A stretch of 33,596 nt of DNA, taken from Thraustochytrium aureum (Eukaryota). The first letter of the stretch is position 1. Every line of letters starts with the position of its first letter. A program made the position numbers and the translations under genes. A model generated the notes under the pieces. The model was not told the origin of the DNA. It was given only the letters and a program-made list of their open reading frames with translations, and did no database searches. Shown piece by piece: positions 19,860-31,900 of the stretch. The stretch is from assembly GCA_012862495.1 (NCBI GenBank), contig BLSG01000427.1, positions 195,628 to 229,223 of the forward strand, written 5' to 3'.

Positions 19860-20674
19860 ACAGTCAGATGCGATCGATAGTATTGCGCGCCTCATCGCTT
19901 GCGCGGGGCCGCCTCTCTCTCTAGAGAACTAGCCTCTTCCTGAAGCGAGCTAGCTAGCACGCGAGTTGGCCCAGAGCGGCCACGCACGGTCCTGCGCCGA
20001 ACCGACGCTGACGCCAGCTAGCCAGAGCGCAATCCCACCCACCACGCTCGCATCTCGCGAGTTCATNNNNNNNNNNNNNNNNNNNNNNNNNNNNNNNNNN
20101 NNNNNNNNNNNNNNNNNNNNNNNNNNNNNNNNNNNNNNNNNNNNNNNNNNNNNNNNNNNNNNNNNNNNNNNNNNNNNNNNNNNNNNNNNNNNNNNNNNNN
20201 NNNNNNNNNNNNNNNNNNNNNNNNNNNNNNNNNNNNNNNNNNNNNNNNNNNNNNNNNNNNNNNNNNNNNNNNNNNNNNNNNNNNNNNNNNNNNNNNNNNN
20301 NNNNNNNNNNNNNNNNNNNNNNNNNNNNNNNNNNNNNNNNNNNNNNNNNNNNNNNNNNNNNNNNNNNNNNNNNNNNNNNNNNNNNNNNNNNNNNNNNNNN
20401 NNNNNNNNNNNNNNNNNNNNNNNNNNNNNNNNNNNNNNNNNNNNNNNNNNNNNNNNNNNNNNNNNNNNNNNNNNNNNNNNNNNNNNNNNNNNNNNNNNNN
20501 NNNNNNNNNNNNNNNNNNNNNNNNNNNNNNNNNNNNNNNNNNNNNNNNNNNNNNNNNNNNNNNNNNNNNNNNNNNNNNNNNNNNNNNNNNNNNNNNNNNN
20601 NNNNNNNNNNNNNNNNNNNNNNNNNNNNNNNNNNNNNNNNNNNNNNNNNNNNNNNNNNNNNNNNNNNNNNNNNN

Positions 20675-21433
20675 GCCGTGATGCTTCCAGACAACGAAGA
20701 CGAGAACGAGTGGCTTGCAGCCAATACCGTGGACTTTTTCAACGAGATCTCGCTCCTGTACGGGCTCGTGGCTGACGACGCTGCGCGTTTCACCAAGCCT
20801 GGGGATGGCTTCCCCCCGGGATTCGAGTACCGTTGGGCCGATGGAGTCAACATCATCAAGCCCATGCGCTGCAGCTCGCCAGAATATGTAGATTATGTCA
20901 TGCTGTACGTTTCGGAATGCTTACCGCGAGCGCAAGGTGAGATTGCGCCGGAATCGCTGCTGACGTGCATGCGTTGGCCCGCGCCCGTTCGCTGCGCGCG
21001 TGCTCCCCACAGCTGGGTCGAGGACCAGATCAACAATGAGGACATCTTCCCGGTGCAGGAGACGCAAGCCTTCCCCTCCGACTTTAAGGTGTACGTGCGC
21101 GACATCTTCAAGCGTCTGTTTCGCATCTTTGCGATCATTTACCACCGCCATTTCCAGGCGATCGAGACCCTCGATGCGGCAGCACACCTCAACACGTGCT
21201 TCAAGCACTTTATGTTCTTCTGCCTCAACTTCCAGCTGCTTGAGGAGAAGGAGATGAAAGCGTTAGGTAAGTCTTCCCTGTCCTGCGTGGCCCTGCGCTG
21301 CCCTCCTGCCGGAGCGCGTCGCGCCAGGCATCCGAGTGCTCTGGTGTCTTGGCGGGTTGGCTGACACTTTGCCACAGCCGGCCCCGCACAGCGAATGGTC
21401 GACGAGTTCAAGCAGCAGGGGCAGGGGCACTGA
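20675..21433 (+). CDS. MOB kinase activator (MOB1-like), 5' partial; exons <20675-20904, 21013-21266, 21378-21433
   Basis: V.LP..ED.NEWLA.NTVDFFNEI.LLYG, EYRWADG..I.KP..CS.PEYVDY, WV..Q...E.IFP, IFKRLFR..A.IYH.HF and AHLNTCFKHF are all MOB1 family hallmarks. Confidence 0.93.
20905..21012 (+). other. MOB intron (108 nt, in frame, no stop)
   Basis: GTACGT donor, TGCTGACG branch-like motif, CAG acceptor. Removal gives the conserved YVMLWVEDQ. Confidence 0.85.
21267..21377 (+). other. MOB intron (111 nt)
   Basis: GTAAGT donor, GGCTGACA branch, CAG acceptor. The last exon reads AGPAQRMVDEFKQQGQGH*. Confidence 0.8.
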
Positions 21434-21836
21434 ATCGGTATCGCGCGAGGAGCCACGGCGAACGGCGCGCAGTCTATTCTACCGCCTTAAGAACGGCCCC
21501 TGCCACGCAACATATGAAAAGTTGAAATTTTATATTGATCTCGCCTTCGTCCTTCGTCCAGGGAACCGCGCCGCTTGATCAAGAGTTGACTCCATCTCGT
21601 GTCGCTCCCGTCCTCTCCTCTCCTCACCTCAGGCCGACTCGGCGAGCAGCGTGTGGTCTCGTTGCAAGTCCCAAGCAAGTCGAAGGCGAAAAGGCACGCG
21701 GAGCGCGGCCGCGATGAGCTGCAAGTCTGTCAAAGATTGCAGCTCACCGCGCTGTGAATTGCATACCGACATTTTTTTTTAATAAAAGAAAGCCTCGGGC
21801 CCAACAGCGCGTCCTCGAGCTCCCCGTGCGGAGCGC

Positions 21837-24805
21837 CTACTTTGGGGGGGCTTCGGCCCCTTCGCCCGCCTGCTTCTTCCGGCGCGCCTCTTTGATCTCC
21901 TCGTTCAGCTTGTCGTTGAGCGCCTTGTAATCGACACCCTGCGCGGCCGTCGACCGCCGGCTGCGCTTCCGCTGTGGCCCTTCAACCATGCCAGCGTCCG
22001 CGGGGTCGAGCTCGTCTCCGCCCGCCGCGCTGGCCTCGCGGCGAGCCCGCTCCGCTGCCTCCAAGGCGCGTTGCCTGAGCATGGCCTCGTACTCCTCCTC
22101 CCACTTGGCGTCCTCGAGGTCATACAGCTCGCCATCCGTCGACTCGGCCAGCGCCGCGACATGCGCGCAGACCGACCGCGCGAAAGGCGACACGACGCGA
22201 CCTTGGATCTTGTACCCGCCCTCCAGCACGGACACAAGGCGGCCCTGCGAACACTTGTTCGCAAGCTTGACGAGCTCGCGGGTCAGCCAATAGTAGTCGT
22301 GCTCCAGCGCGGAGATATAGCCCATGTTGATGTCGTCGAGCTTGTGCGCATCAAACCCGGCAGAGATGATGACAATGTCAGGACCGAAATCGGCAAGGGC
22401 CGGGAGCACGTGCTTGCGCCAGCTCGTTCGCCACTCCATGCGCGACTTTGAGTTTTGCCCCACGTCCAAGATTTTAGGCTCCCCAGGCTCCGAGGCACTG
22501 TGCTCGCCAAAGCCGAAATTGGCGCCGTCACTCGGATAAAACATGCCGATCCGCGGCGCGGCCATCGGGTCGGGATCCAGCCCAGGGACGCGCTTGCCAA
22601 ACCCGTGGATAGAGGCGAAANNNNNNNNNNNNNNNNNNNNNNNNNNNNNNNNNNNNNNNNNNNNNNNNNNNNNNNNNNNNNNNNNNNNNNNNNNNNNNNN
22701 NNNNNNNNNNNNNNNNNNNNNNNNNNNNNNNNNNNNNNNNNNNNNNNNNNNNNNNNNNNNNNNNNNNNNNNNNNNNNNNNNNNNNNNNNNNNNNNNNNNN
22801 NNNNNNNNNNNNNNNNNNNNNNNNNNNNNNNNNNNNNNNNNNNNNNNNNNNNNNNNNNNNNNNNNNNNNNNNNNNNNNNNNNNNNNNNNNNNNNNNNNNN
22901 NNNNNNNNNNNNNNNNNNNNNNNNNNNNNNNNNNNNNNNNNNNNNNNNNNNNNNNNNNNNNNNNNNNNNNNNNNNNNNNNNNNNNNNNNNNNNNNNNNNN
23001 NNNTCGTTCAGCCACGGCTTGTACGTTGGGGTCGTCATCTGCACGTCGCAAAACGGCGCTTCAAAGCTCGCCCGCATCACGCTCGGGACCAGGTTTTTCA
23101 CGCAAGCCTCGGTGCCGTTGCCGTGATGCACGTCAAAGTCGACGATTGCTACTTTCTTGATGCCAGCGTGCCGATACACGTGCCGCGCGTAGGCGGCCCC
23201 GATCGCGGCGTTGCTCAGCAAGCAAAACCCGTACGACCCGTTCGGGTCGTTCTTGCAGGTGACCACGCCGCGTGGCCCCGCATGGTGGCCTGGCGGGCGC
23301 ACCGCGCAAAACGCATTGCGGTGAGACCCGCGGCAGACGCTGTCGATCGCGTCGCACACCGAGCCTGCAGCAAACAGGGCCGCCTCAAAGCTCAGACCAG
23401 AAATGGACGTATCCCCGTCCAGCTCGCCGATCTCGTTCTCCGTGAGCTCGGCAGTAAACTTGATCAGCTTGTCGACGTATGGGTAGTCGTGGACGCGCAA
23501 CACGTCAGCGATGTTGGCGCGCGTTGCCTTGGCCCACTCGAGGCGCTCGCTGAGCCGCTTCGACCGAAGGATGCCCAGGTCCTCGTCCAGCAGAACCTTG
23601 AGGCGGTTGACGTTCTCCGGGGGCACGTCCGCAATGCAGCGGCGGGAAGTCAGCGAAGGGCGGCAGGTGTAGTGCTTGGAGCAAATCTCGTGGGAGAGCA
23701 CCAGGGTCTTGCGCTTGGGCGCTGCTTTGGCCCGCTTCCCGCCCAGCACGGCAATCACCCGCAAAGCGCCGCAAGCCTTGGCCCAGTCTGCTGGGGTCCT
23801 ACCGCGCGCATCCTTGGCGAGCTCGAGCCCGAGTCCTGCCTTTTTCAGCAGCTCTACGCCCTCTGCAAAGTCGTGCGCGGCTGCCACGTGCATCGCGTTC
23901 ATGCCCTGTACGTCCTCCTTTGCGACGATCGCAGAGTGCTTTGCATGCCCCAATATCAGTTTCAGAACCCCTACACTCCCAACGCGGCAGGCTACGTGCG
24001 CCGCATTCCGCCCTTCCATGTCGTGCTGCGCCCAGAGGTCGTCCAGCCCGTCTCGCTCGAGCAAAAGTGCGAGCCCTTCCGCAAAGTCAAACTCGGCCAC
24101 TAGGTGAAACACAGTGCGAAAGAGGTCGTCCTTGGCGCACAGACTCGCGGGCTCCTCTACGACAGCGTACTTGGGCTCGTGCGCTAGTACAAGGCGGAGC
24201 GCATCGAGAGCAAACCCGCGGTGCGCCTCGATGGAACCGACGCTCAAAATCAGGTGCGAGATAGGTGCGTTGTTGCACTTGCTCGACACGCTCGCGCCAA
24301 ACTCAAGAAGGACTTTGGCGCTCTCCAGCTGCCGAGCGAGGATGGCCACGTGGAGGGGCGTGCACGCTTCATGGTCGCGCCGCTCTATGAGCCTCACCAT
24401 GTTTTCGCGCTCTAAAAGCGTCATGCGAAGCACCCGGCGCTCCTCTGGTGCGTCGCGGAGCTCTTCTTGCAGCGCGGCGCGCCGCCGGAGGTACTCTGCG
24501 CTCGTCGTGGCCGCCTCCAGCAAAGCGCGAAGCTTGGCGACCTCACCCTTTTCGGCCAAGTCGTGGACAGCGAACGTCCCGATCGGGGCGCTGTCCGAGT
24601 CGCTGTCCGAGTCCGAGCCGCCGTCCGATTCTCCTGAGCCGCGTTTTGCTTTGCCCGTCTTCAAGTCAGAGCCGCTGTTGTCCGAGTCCGAGTCGTCGTC
24701 CGAGTCGCCGTCCTCGCCCCAGTCCTCCTTCATTCCCAGATCATCGTCTTTGCCGCGCTTCGCATCGGCCGCCTCGTCGCCGGCCGCTTTCGGCCCGTCG
24801 CTCAT
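21837..24805 (-). CDS. Ankyrin-repeat histone deacetylase (class II-like HDAC domain); internal gap 22621-23003
   Basis: Ankyrin motifs TPLHVAILA, GRNAAHVAC, GMNAMHVAAA, GRTPADWA. HDAC motifs PENVNRL, LDGDT, VRPPGHHAG, GFCLLSN, DFDVHHGNGT, ISAGFDAH, VLEGGY. Confidence 0.92.
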
Positions 24806-25410
24806 GATCAGGCGCCCAAGCCCAGGCTGACTTGCCTCTCTCAAGATCTTCTACTCGAGCACGCCGGACGCGCGAGACCCTGTCTGGGGTCCACTTCGAG
24901 CGGACGCCNNNNNNNNNNNNNNNNNNNNNNNNNNNNNNNNNNNNNNNNNNNNNNNNNNNNNNNNNNNNNNNNNNNNNNNNNNNNNNNNNNNNNNNNNNNN
25001 NNNNNNNNNNNNNNNNNNNNNNNNNNNNNNNNNNNNNNNNNNNNNNNNNNNNNNNNNNNNNNNNNNNNNNNNNNNNNNNNNNNNNNNNNNNNNNNNNNNN
25101 NNNNNNNNNNNNNNNNNNNNNNNNNNNNNNNNNNNNNNNNNNNNNNNNNNNNNNNNNNNNNNNNNNNNNNNNNNNNNNNNNNNNNNNNNNNNNNNNNNNN
25201 NNNNNNNNNNNNNNNNNNNNNNNNNNNNNNNNNNNNNNNNNNNNNNNNNNNNNNNTCGGTCGGCGCTTTTGCGGGCGGGTTGATGCTCGCTCTCCTCACG
25301 GTCTGCTCGAGGACCTGGAAGGGCTGAAGCGGGACGACGTCGGCTGATGGCCAGTTCGCTGGGCGCGCTCATCAGCTGCTGGCAGCCTCCTCGATGAGAT
25401 TGGTCGTGAT

Positions 25411-25436
25411 GCCTGCCTGCCTGCCTGCCTGCCTGC
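25411..25436. repeat. (GCCT)n tetranucleotide microsatellite
   Basis: gcctgcctgcctgcctgcctgcctgc in the HDAC/Nup188 intergenic region. Confidence 0.85.
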
Positions 25437-25797
25437 AGTGCTCGCTGTCGCGGGACTGCGGGCTGGGCTCCTCGGGCGGGAAGGATTTGAATCTCGCGCC
25501 TCGTCACAGGGATCCCCATTGTGTACGAAAAACGATGGATACATGAGAGACAAGGGAGGCCTCTGTGACGAGGATCGTGCGGCGCGCAGGAGCCACGAAC
25601 GCAGCCCTGTTGCGCGGCAGACTGCAAACGGCGGCAGGAGCGACGGCGAGCGCTGCTGAGCGACGCAGAGCGGGGCATCGCAAAGAGAGTCCTGTGCGCT
25701 GGCTGCGCGGTGGAGCGGCATCCAGGAAACCGCAGGCTGACAGCGCATAGCGTTTGCCGGAGGAATCCAATTTGGAGGGCCGCCGGCCCGACCTGAC

Positions 25798-25892
25798 GGC
25801 AGTGCTTGGCAGTGCTTGCGGCAGCGCTTGGGGCAACGCTTGCGGCGGCGCTTGCGGCTGCGCCAGCGGCAGCGGCAGCGCCAGCGCCAGCG
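25798..25892. repeat. Degenerate 12-mer/6-mer tandem repeat (gcttgcggcagc-like, then gcggca/gcgcca)
   Basis: Visible about 100-190 nt upstream of the ATG at 25989. Confidence 0.65.
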
Positions 25893-25988
25893 ATCGGGTG
25901 CTCGCCTGATTCTGCCCACAGCGCTCCTCGGCTCTCGCTGAGGCTCGGCCGCCTGAGGCTGCCGGGGCTGTGAGCTCAAGGGCAAGCG

Positions 25989-28900
25989 ATGGCGAACCCC
26001 CTCCGGCCAATGTTCGCGGTATCCCAGGATGAAGCCGGAGGCGGGTTTTCCTTCGGGTCGACCAAACCGTCTGCACCAGGACCGCAAGGCACGACCGACT
26101 CTGCGCGAGACTCCCTCGCGGACACTGGCGTCAGCGCTCCGGCGACACCTCGAGCGCCGAGGCAAGACTCTGACGATCGCGGAGAGCAATTTACCCCTTC
26201 AAAGCGGCATTCCCCTGCCTTTTCTGCGCAGGCGTCCACGCCGGCCCCCGCGACGCCGCTGCAAGGGCGCTTGGGGAAGCGAGACGCCCTAGAGACGCCG
26301 GCGTTCTCGCTCGACAATAGCAAGGAAAACCTGTCGGCAGGAGGCAACGCGGGATCCTCCGCCGCGCTCGCGACGGCAAGTCGCAACCCGCNNNNNNNNN
26401 NNNNNNNNNNNNNNNNNNNNNNNNNNNNNNNNNNNNNNNNNNNNNNNNNNNNNNNNNNNNNNNNNNNNNNNNNNNNNNNNNNNNNNNNNNNNNNNNNNNN
26501 NNNNNNNNNNNNNNNNNNNNNNNNNNNNNNNNNNNNNNNNNNNNNNNNNNNNNNNNNNNNNNNNNNNNNNNNNNNNNNNNNNNNNNNNNNNNNNNNNNNN
26601 NNNNNNNNNNNNNNNNNNNNNNNNNNNNNNNNNNNNNNNNNNNNNNNNNNNNNNNNNNNNNNNNNNNNNNNNNNNNNNNNNNNNNNNNNNNNNNNNNNNN
26701 NNNNNNNNNNNNNNNNNNNNNNNNNNNNNNNNNNNNNNNNNNNNNNNNNNNNNNNNNNNNNNNNNNNNNNNNNNNNNNNNNNNNNNNNNNNNNNNNNNNN
26801 NNNNNNNNNNNNNNNNNNNNNNNNNNNNNNNNNNNNNNNNNNNNNNNNNNNNNNNNNNNNNNNNNNNNNNNNNNNNNNNNNNNNNNNNNNNNNNNNNNNN
26901 NNNNNNNNNNNNNNNNNNNNNNNNNNNNNNNNNNNNNNNNNNNNNNNNNNNNNNNNNNNNNNNNNNNNNNNNNNNNNNNNNNNNNNNNNNNNNNNNNNNN
27001 NNNNNNNNNNNNNNNNNNNNNNNNNNNNNNNNNNNNNNNNNNNNNNNNNNNNNNNNNNNNNNNNNNNNNNNNNNNNNNNNNNNNNNNNNNNNNNNNNNNN
27101 NNNNNNNNNNNNNNNNNNNNNNNNNNNNNNNNNTATACCGGCGACCGGGACTTGTTCAGCGCTTCGTACGAGGAGGGCTTTGCGTTCCTGGCCAAACTGA
27201 GCCGCAGCGAGGCCTTTGCTTTCGTGCTCGAGGACCTCATGACGGCCTCGGTGGAGGCGTTCGAGATCCACGCGTTCCTCGAGGCAGAATCGGATTGCTC
27301 GTTCATGGCCTCGTTGTGCGCCTCAGCGTTCCGCGACCGCCAAGACGCCTGCGACGAGTTTTGGCGTGACCAAGACCACCCCCTGCGCCGCTTGCTGTCA
27401 GCAATGGAGCCTTTTCCACGCGCCCACCTCGAGCTCTGCGGCGCCCTCATCGCCGGCCAGAATAGCGCCAGCTACGCACTGGCATACTCAAAGCAGATGG
27501 GCCTCAGCTTTCCTCGCGGGCGCCACGCCGCCCTCCAGCATCACCGAGACGAAGACGGCAGCTCAGGGCTTTCGGCGCAGCGGCAAAAGGAGGATATGCG
27601 CCTCGACAGCTTGGCCGTGCTCTGCAACCTCGCGCGCCACTTGAGCCGGCGCACGCTGCAGGAGCGCTTCGATGTGATGGACCTTGCGCGCCGCGTAGTC
27701 CGGGACCACCGGCAAGACAAGCACTTTGCGCGCACCCTGCTCAACCTCGCGCTCAAGTTTCCACAGCACGTCCTCACCGTGACGGTGAACGAACAGGACA
27801 AGACCTGCTTTGCTGTCCTTGAGGCCCTCAAGCAGGCCCTCGAACAGGAGAACGCGCAGGGCGACTATGCGGGCAGCCTGCTGCCTGGCTTGCAGCTTTT
27901 GGGCGAGTTACTTGCCCACGTCGAGCGGGAGCATACCTCGAGCGAGCTCCGCATCGCTTTCACTTCGCAGGGTGGGGCCAAGCCGCTCGACAAGGCGGCG
28001 CTGCTCGAGAGCCTCCGCGTGGTTGGCTACACCTCGGGCGTGGACGATGCAAGTTTCTCGCAGATGGCCGCAGAGGGCGGAACGGTGGACTACCAGACCT
28101 TTGACCGCCCTGCAGCAGTCNNNNNNNNNNNNNNNNNNNNNNNNNNNNNNNNNNNNNNNNNNNNNNNNNNNNNNNNNNNNNNNNNNNNNNNNNNNNNNNN
28201 NNNNNNNNNNNNNNNNNNNNNNNNNNNNNNNNNNNNNNNNNNNNNNNNNNNNNNNNNNNNNNNNNNNNNNNNNNNNNNNNNNNNNNNNNNNNNNNNNNNN
28301 NNNNNNNNNNNNNNNNNNNNNNNNNNNNNNNNNNNNNNNNNNNNNNNNNNNNNNNNNNNNNNNNNNNNNNNNNNNNNNNNNNNNNNNNNNNNNNNNNNNN
28401 NNNNNNNNNNNNNNNNNNNNNNNNNNNNNNNNNNNNNNNNNNNNNNNNNNNNNNNNNNNNNNNNNNNNNNNNNNNNNNNNNNNNNNNNNNNNNNNNNNNN
28501 NNNNNNNNNNNNNNNNNNNNNNNNNNNNNNNNNNNNNNNNNNNNNNNNNNNNNNNNNNNNNNNNNNNNNNNNNNNNNNNNNNNNNNNNNNNNNNNNNNNN
28601 NNNNNNNNNNNNNNNNNNNNNNNNNNNNNNNNNNNNNNNNNNNNNNNNNNNNNNNNNNNNNNNNNNNNNNNNNNNNNNNNNNNNNNNNNNNNNNNNNNNN
28701 NNNNNNNNNNNNNNNNNNNNNNNNNNNNNNNNNNNNNNNNNNNNNNNNNNNNNNNNNNNNNNNNNNNNNNNNNNNNNNNNNNNNNNNNNNNNNNNNNNNN
28801 NNNNNNNNNNNNNNNNNNNNNNNNNNNNNNNNNNNNNNNNNNNNNNNNNNNNNNNNNNNNNNNNNNNNNNNNNNNNNNNNNNNNNNNNNNNNNNNNNNNN

Positions 28901-31900
28901 NNNNNNNNNNNNNNNNNNNNNNNNNNNNGGCGCACCGCGCCCGGGTCAACTTGGAGCGCTTTGAGCGCCGCCCGCTTGCTTCTGCGGGCTCGCTGGTCTC
29001 CGCGGCGGCGGCAGGGGCTGGGCCGGGCTCCGGTGTCGGCGCGTCTTGCGCGATAGGCGAGAGCGGCGCGGTGACCAGCCTGTGGCTTGCGGAGCGGCGC
29101 ATGCGCCGCTACGGGCCCAGCTACCTCCACGACACGGAGCTCTTGGCGCGCATGTTTCCCGACTGCCCCGACCTGGTCAACCAGGTTAAGCAGAGCGACA
29201 CGAACGAGTCGCTTGCTGATACTCAGCTCATGCTCTTGAGGTCGTGGAAGTCGTACATGGAGACTAGGTGTTTGATCATGTGGGACGACGACCCTGACAC
29301 TTTTGCGGTCGCGCCGCCGCCTCTCGGCGTCCAAGACGTGCACGCGTCAACTCCAACGAGCGCGGGCAAGAGCCTGCGCCGCGACAGAACGCTATCGACG
29401 CTTGCGTCAAAGCACTGGGGAGACATGACCTCGTTCACGCTTGTGGTGGAGCTGGCCACCCACTTGCGCGACATCAAACCGGAGAGCTTCGCCGACCACC
29501 ACCAGCAGGCTTATCTGGTGGAGCTTTCAGAGATGTTTGCGTCGATGCTTCATTTTAAGGTTTTCGTGAAGGCGGCTCCGGGCGAGCGTTCGGAGCCCGC
29601 CGCCGCCGCCGATGCGCTGGCGGGCCTGGCGCCCAGCCTCGCGTTTAGGAAGCGGCCCCGCGAGGCGCGAAGCGACAAACTCGTGCTCTCCAACAGCGAC
29701 GACAAGGACCCGGGCATCGTGCAGCTTGTTGGCTGGATTTCGTCATGCCTGAACAAGCTCGTCCAGGCTCCGGACGACAGGCCGTTCGTACAGGATGCCG
29801 TGATCTCGCTGCTGACGGGCCTGCTGGTCCTGTTCGAGGTTGCCGGTGAGGACAAGGCCTTGTCCGCCTCGCACGCGGAGCTCGCCAAGGTACGGAGCGC
29901 CGCCCTTACCTTGGTGGGGCGCGTCCTCGAGACCTTTTCAGGCCTCGAGAGCGTGTACGACCTCGCCGTCGCGCTGCTCAACCTTCTCCTGGCACAGGTG
30001 GGTCGAGGCAGCAGCGGCGCGTTGGACGCCCTCGTGCAGCACAACACCCTTTCGCTCTTGTTTCGCAGCTACACGAAGCTCGCTGAGACACACGCGCGAA
30101 CCTACCGCGACCAGTTCGAGCTTTGCGTCTGGCTCGAGCGCAACGGGCTCAGCGACCTGCGCGTCAAGGTTCTCGGCACGAATAGCGGGCCGGGCACGGC
30201 ACAGCCAGTGGGGCCTGCTGCCGGGGCGGAGGGCGGCGCGTTTGGCGGGACGGCTCAAGGTACTCCGGTTTTCGCCAGCAGGGCGGCGCCAGTGGACGAC
30301 ACCGTGAGACTTCGTGAGGTCGCTCGACAGCTCGGGTACAAGTGCCTGGACGTTGGGGTAAAAAATAGGTCGTCGCGCAACTACCGTGACTTTGTGTCTT
30401 CCAAGGGCGCGTACTCGGCGGGCGGCGAGGATGGGCTGACGGAGATAAGCGTGATCCATTTGCTGCTCGACTATGGGATCACAAGCCTCCGTGCCCTGGT
30501 GGCGCTCGACCAGCGCGCGATGCAAGAGATGGGCATCTACAAGCAATCTGATCGGCGCCGCCTCCTGGACCTCATCAAGCAGCGCTCCGAGGGTGAGGAC
30601 GCGGAGGACGCCGGCGCGATTGCGCAAGTAACGTCCTCGCCACTGCAGCCGGCTTCTGGGACAGTACGCGCTCGCGACTCTAGTGCAAACGGGACTCAGC
30701 CTGTTGGTGGCCCGGCAGCGGCGAGCGAGTCCTCAAACAAGCGGCAGCGCATGACTTTTCCCGCCAGGTTGGCCTCGACCGCCAAGAATCCCTGAAGCGC
30801 GGCCTCATGCGGAATGCACGTCACGCTGCAGGCCCTCACGAGCGCGGTGCGCGTCGATGGTGTGGCAGCAGGCCGCGAGCTCGCCGCGCTGCAAACCATT
30901 CAGTTTTTGAGCGCGGATCCCCTGCTTCGGGTTGTTGCGGGAGACAAGCCGTTCACGCCGAGCATGGATAACCGGGACAACGAAGCCACGATCACGTTCG
31001 GGGTTACACCGTGCGGGGCGAGCGCGACCCGGCCCACCTGGTGTGGTGCCGCGCCGTTGCGCTGGTCGCGCTGCTCCTTGGGTGCAACCGGTCCTTCAAG
31101 GAGAATCGAAACGTGGACCCCGCGCTTGACTTTGTGGCTGCTCACCGCGGCGCGCTGCTCGCGTGTCTCGGGGCTTACCGCGCCTCGGACAGCGTTTTGA
31201 CGCTTGGCGGTCTCGAGGAGGCGAATGAGGTCGCTGGACTTGTTCGAGAGCTCGCGAGTCACACGCAGCGCTGGCGGCTGCGCGGCCATCTGTACGGCCC
31301 GCTGCTCAGCGCGGCGTGGGCGCTAATGAGCGACCTGGTCATTGGCACCGACATGAGCAGGCGGACTTTCTTCTTGGAGGAGTTTGTGCGCACGTTCTTC
31401 TCGCGGTCCAAGATGATCCCGAAGCTTTTGATCCGGACGCGGCCCGTCACGTCGCGGGAGGGCGAGCAGGACCGCAGGCCAGTGATGGAGTCGCTCCAGC
31501 GCAAGCCGTTGTCCGGCACGCCGCGCACAGTAAGCATGATCCGCACCGTGAGCATGATGAGCGACTTGCAGCAAGGCGAGGCCCGGGGTCAACCGCGGGC
31601 GACGACGAGGCCTCGACCACGTCTGGGCCGGCCGGCCTTGCAGGTGTCGGCAAGCAGCGTTCGTTTTCGTCCGCGTCGACGAATTCGTTCGTGGTGAGCC
31701 AGCTGGCGGAGGGCGACATCTCTGCGCTGCACGTCGACATCGAGTTCAGGATTTGCAAGGTGGTCCAGCAGCTGCTCGCGCTTTTGCGAAGCAAACAGAT
31801 CGTCAAAGTGCCCAAGCAGCTGCAGTTTGACGAGCACACGGGGCAGCCGCTCCCGCCGCGGTACTGGCTCAAGGCTGTTGTGCCGTTCCCGCTCGTCGCT

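Noticed and set aside
30750..30816. In-frame TGA at 30793-30795 between two same-frame ORFs, suggesting readthrough or selenocysteine
   Set aside because: Removing three homopolymer bases (one T and one C from TTTTCCC, one A from GGAATG) gives the stop-free reading KRQRMTFRQVGLDRQESLKRGLMRMHVTLQAL. This fits the error pattern seen elsewhere in the window better than recoding does.
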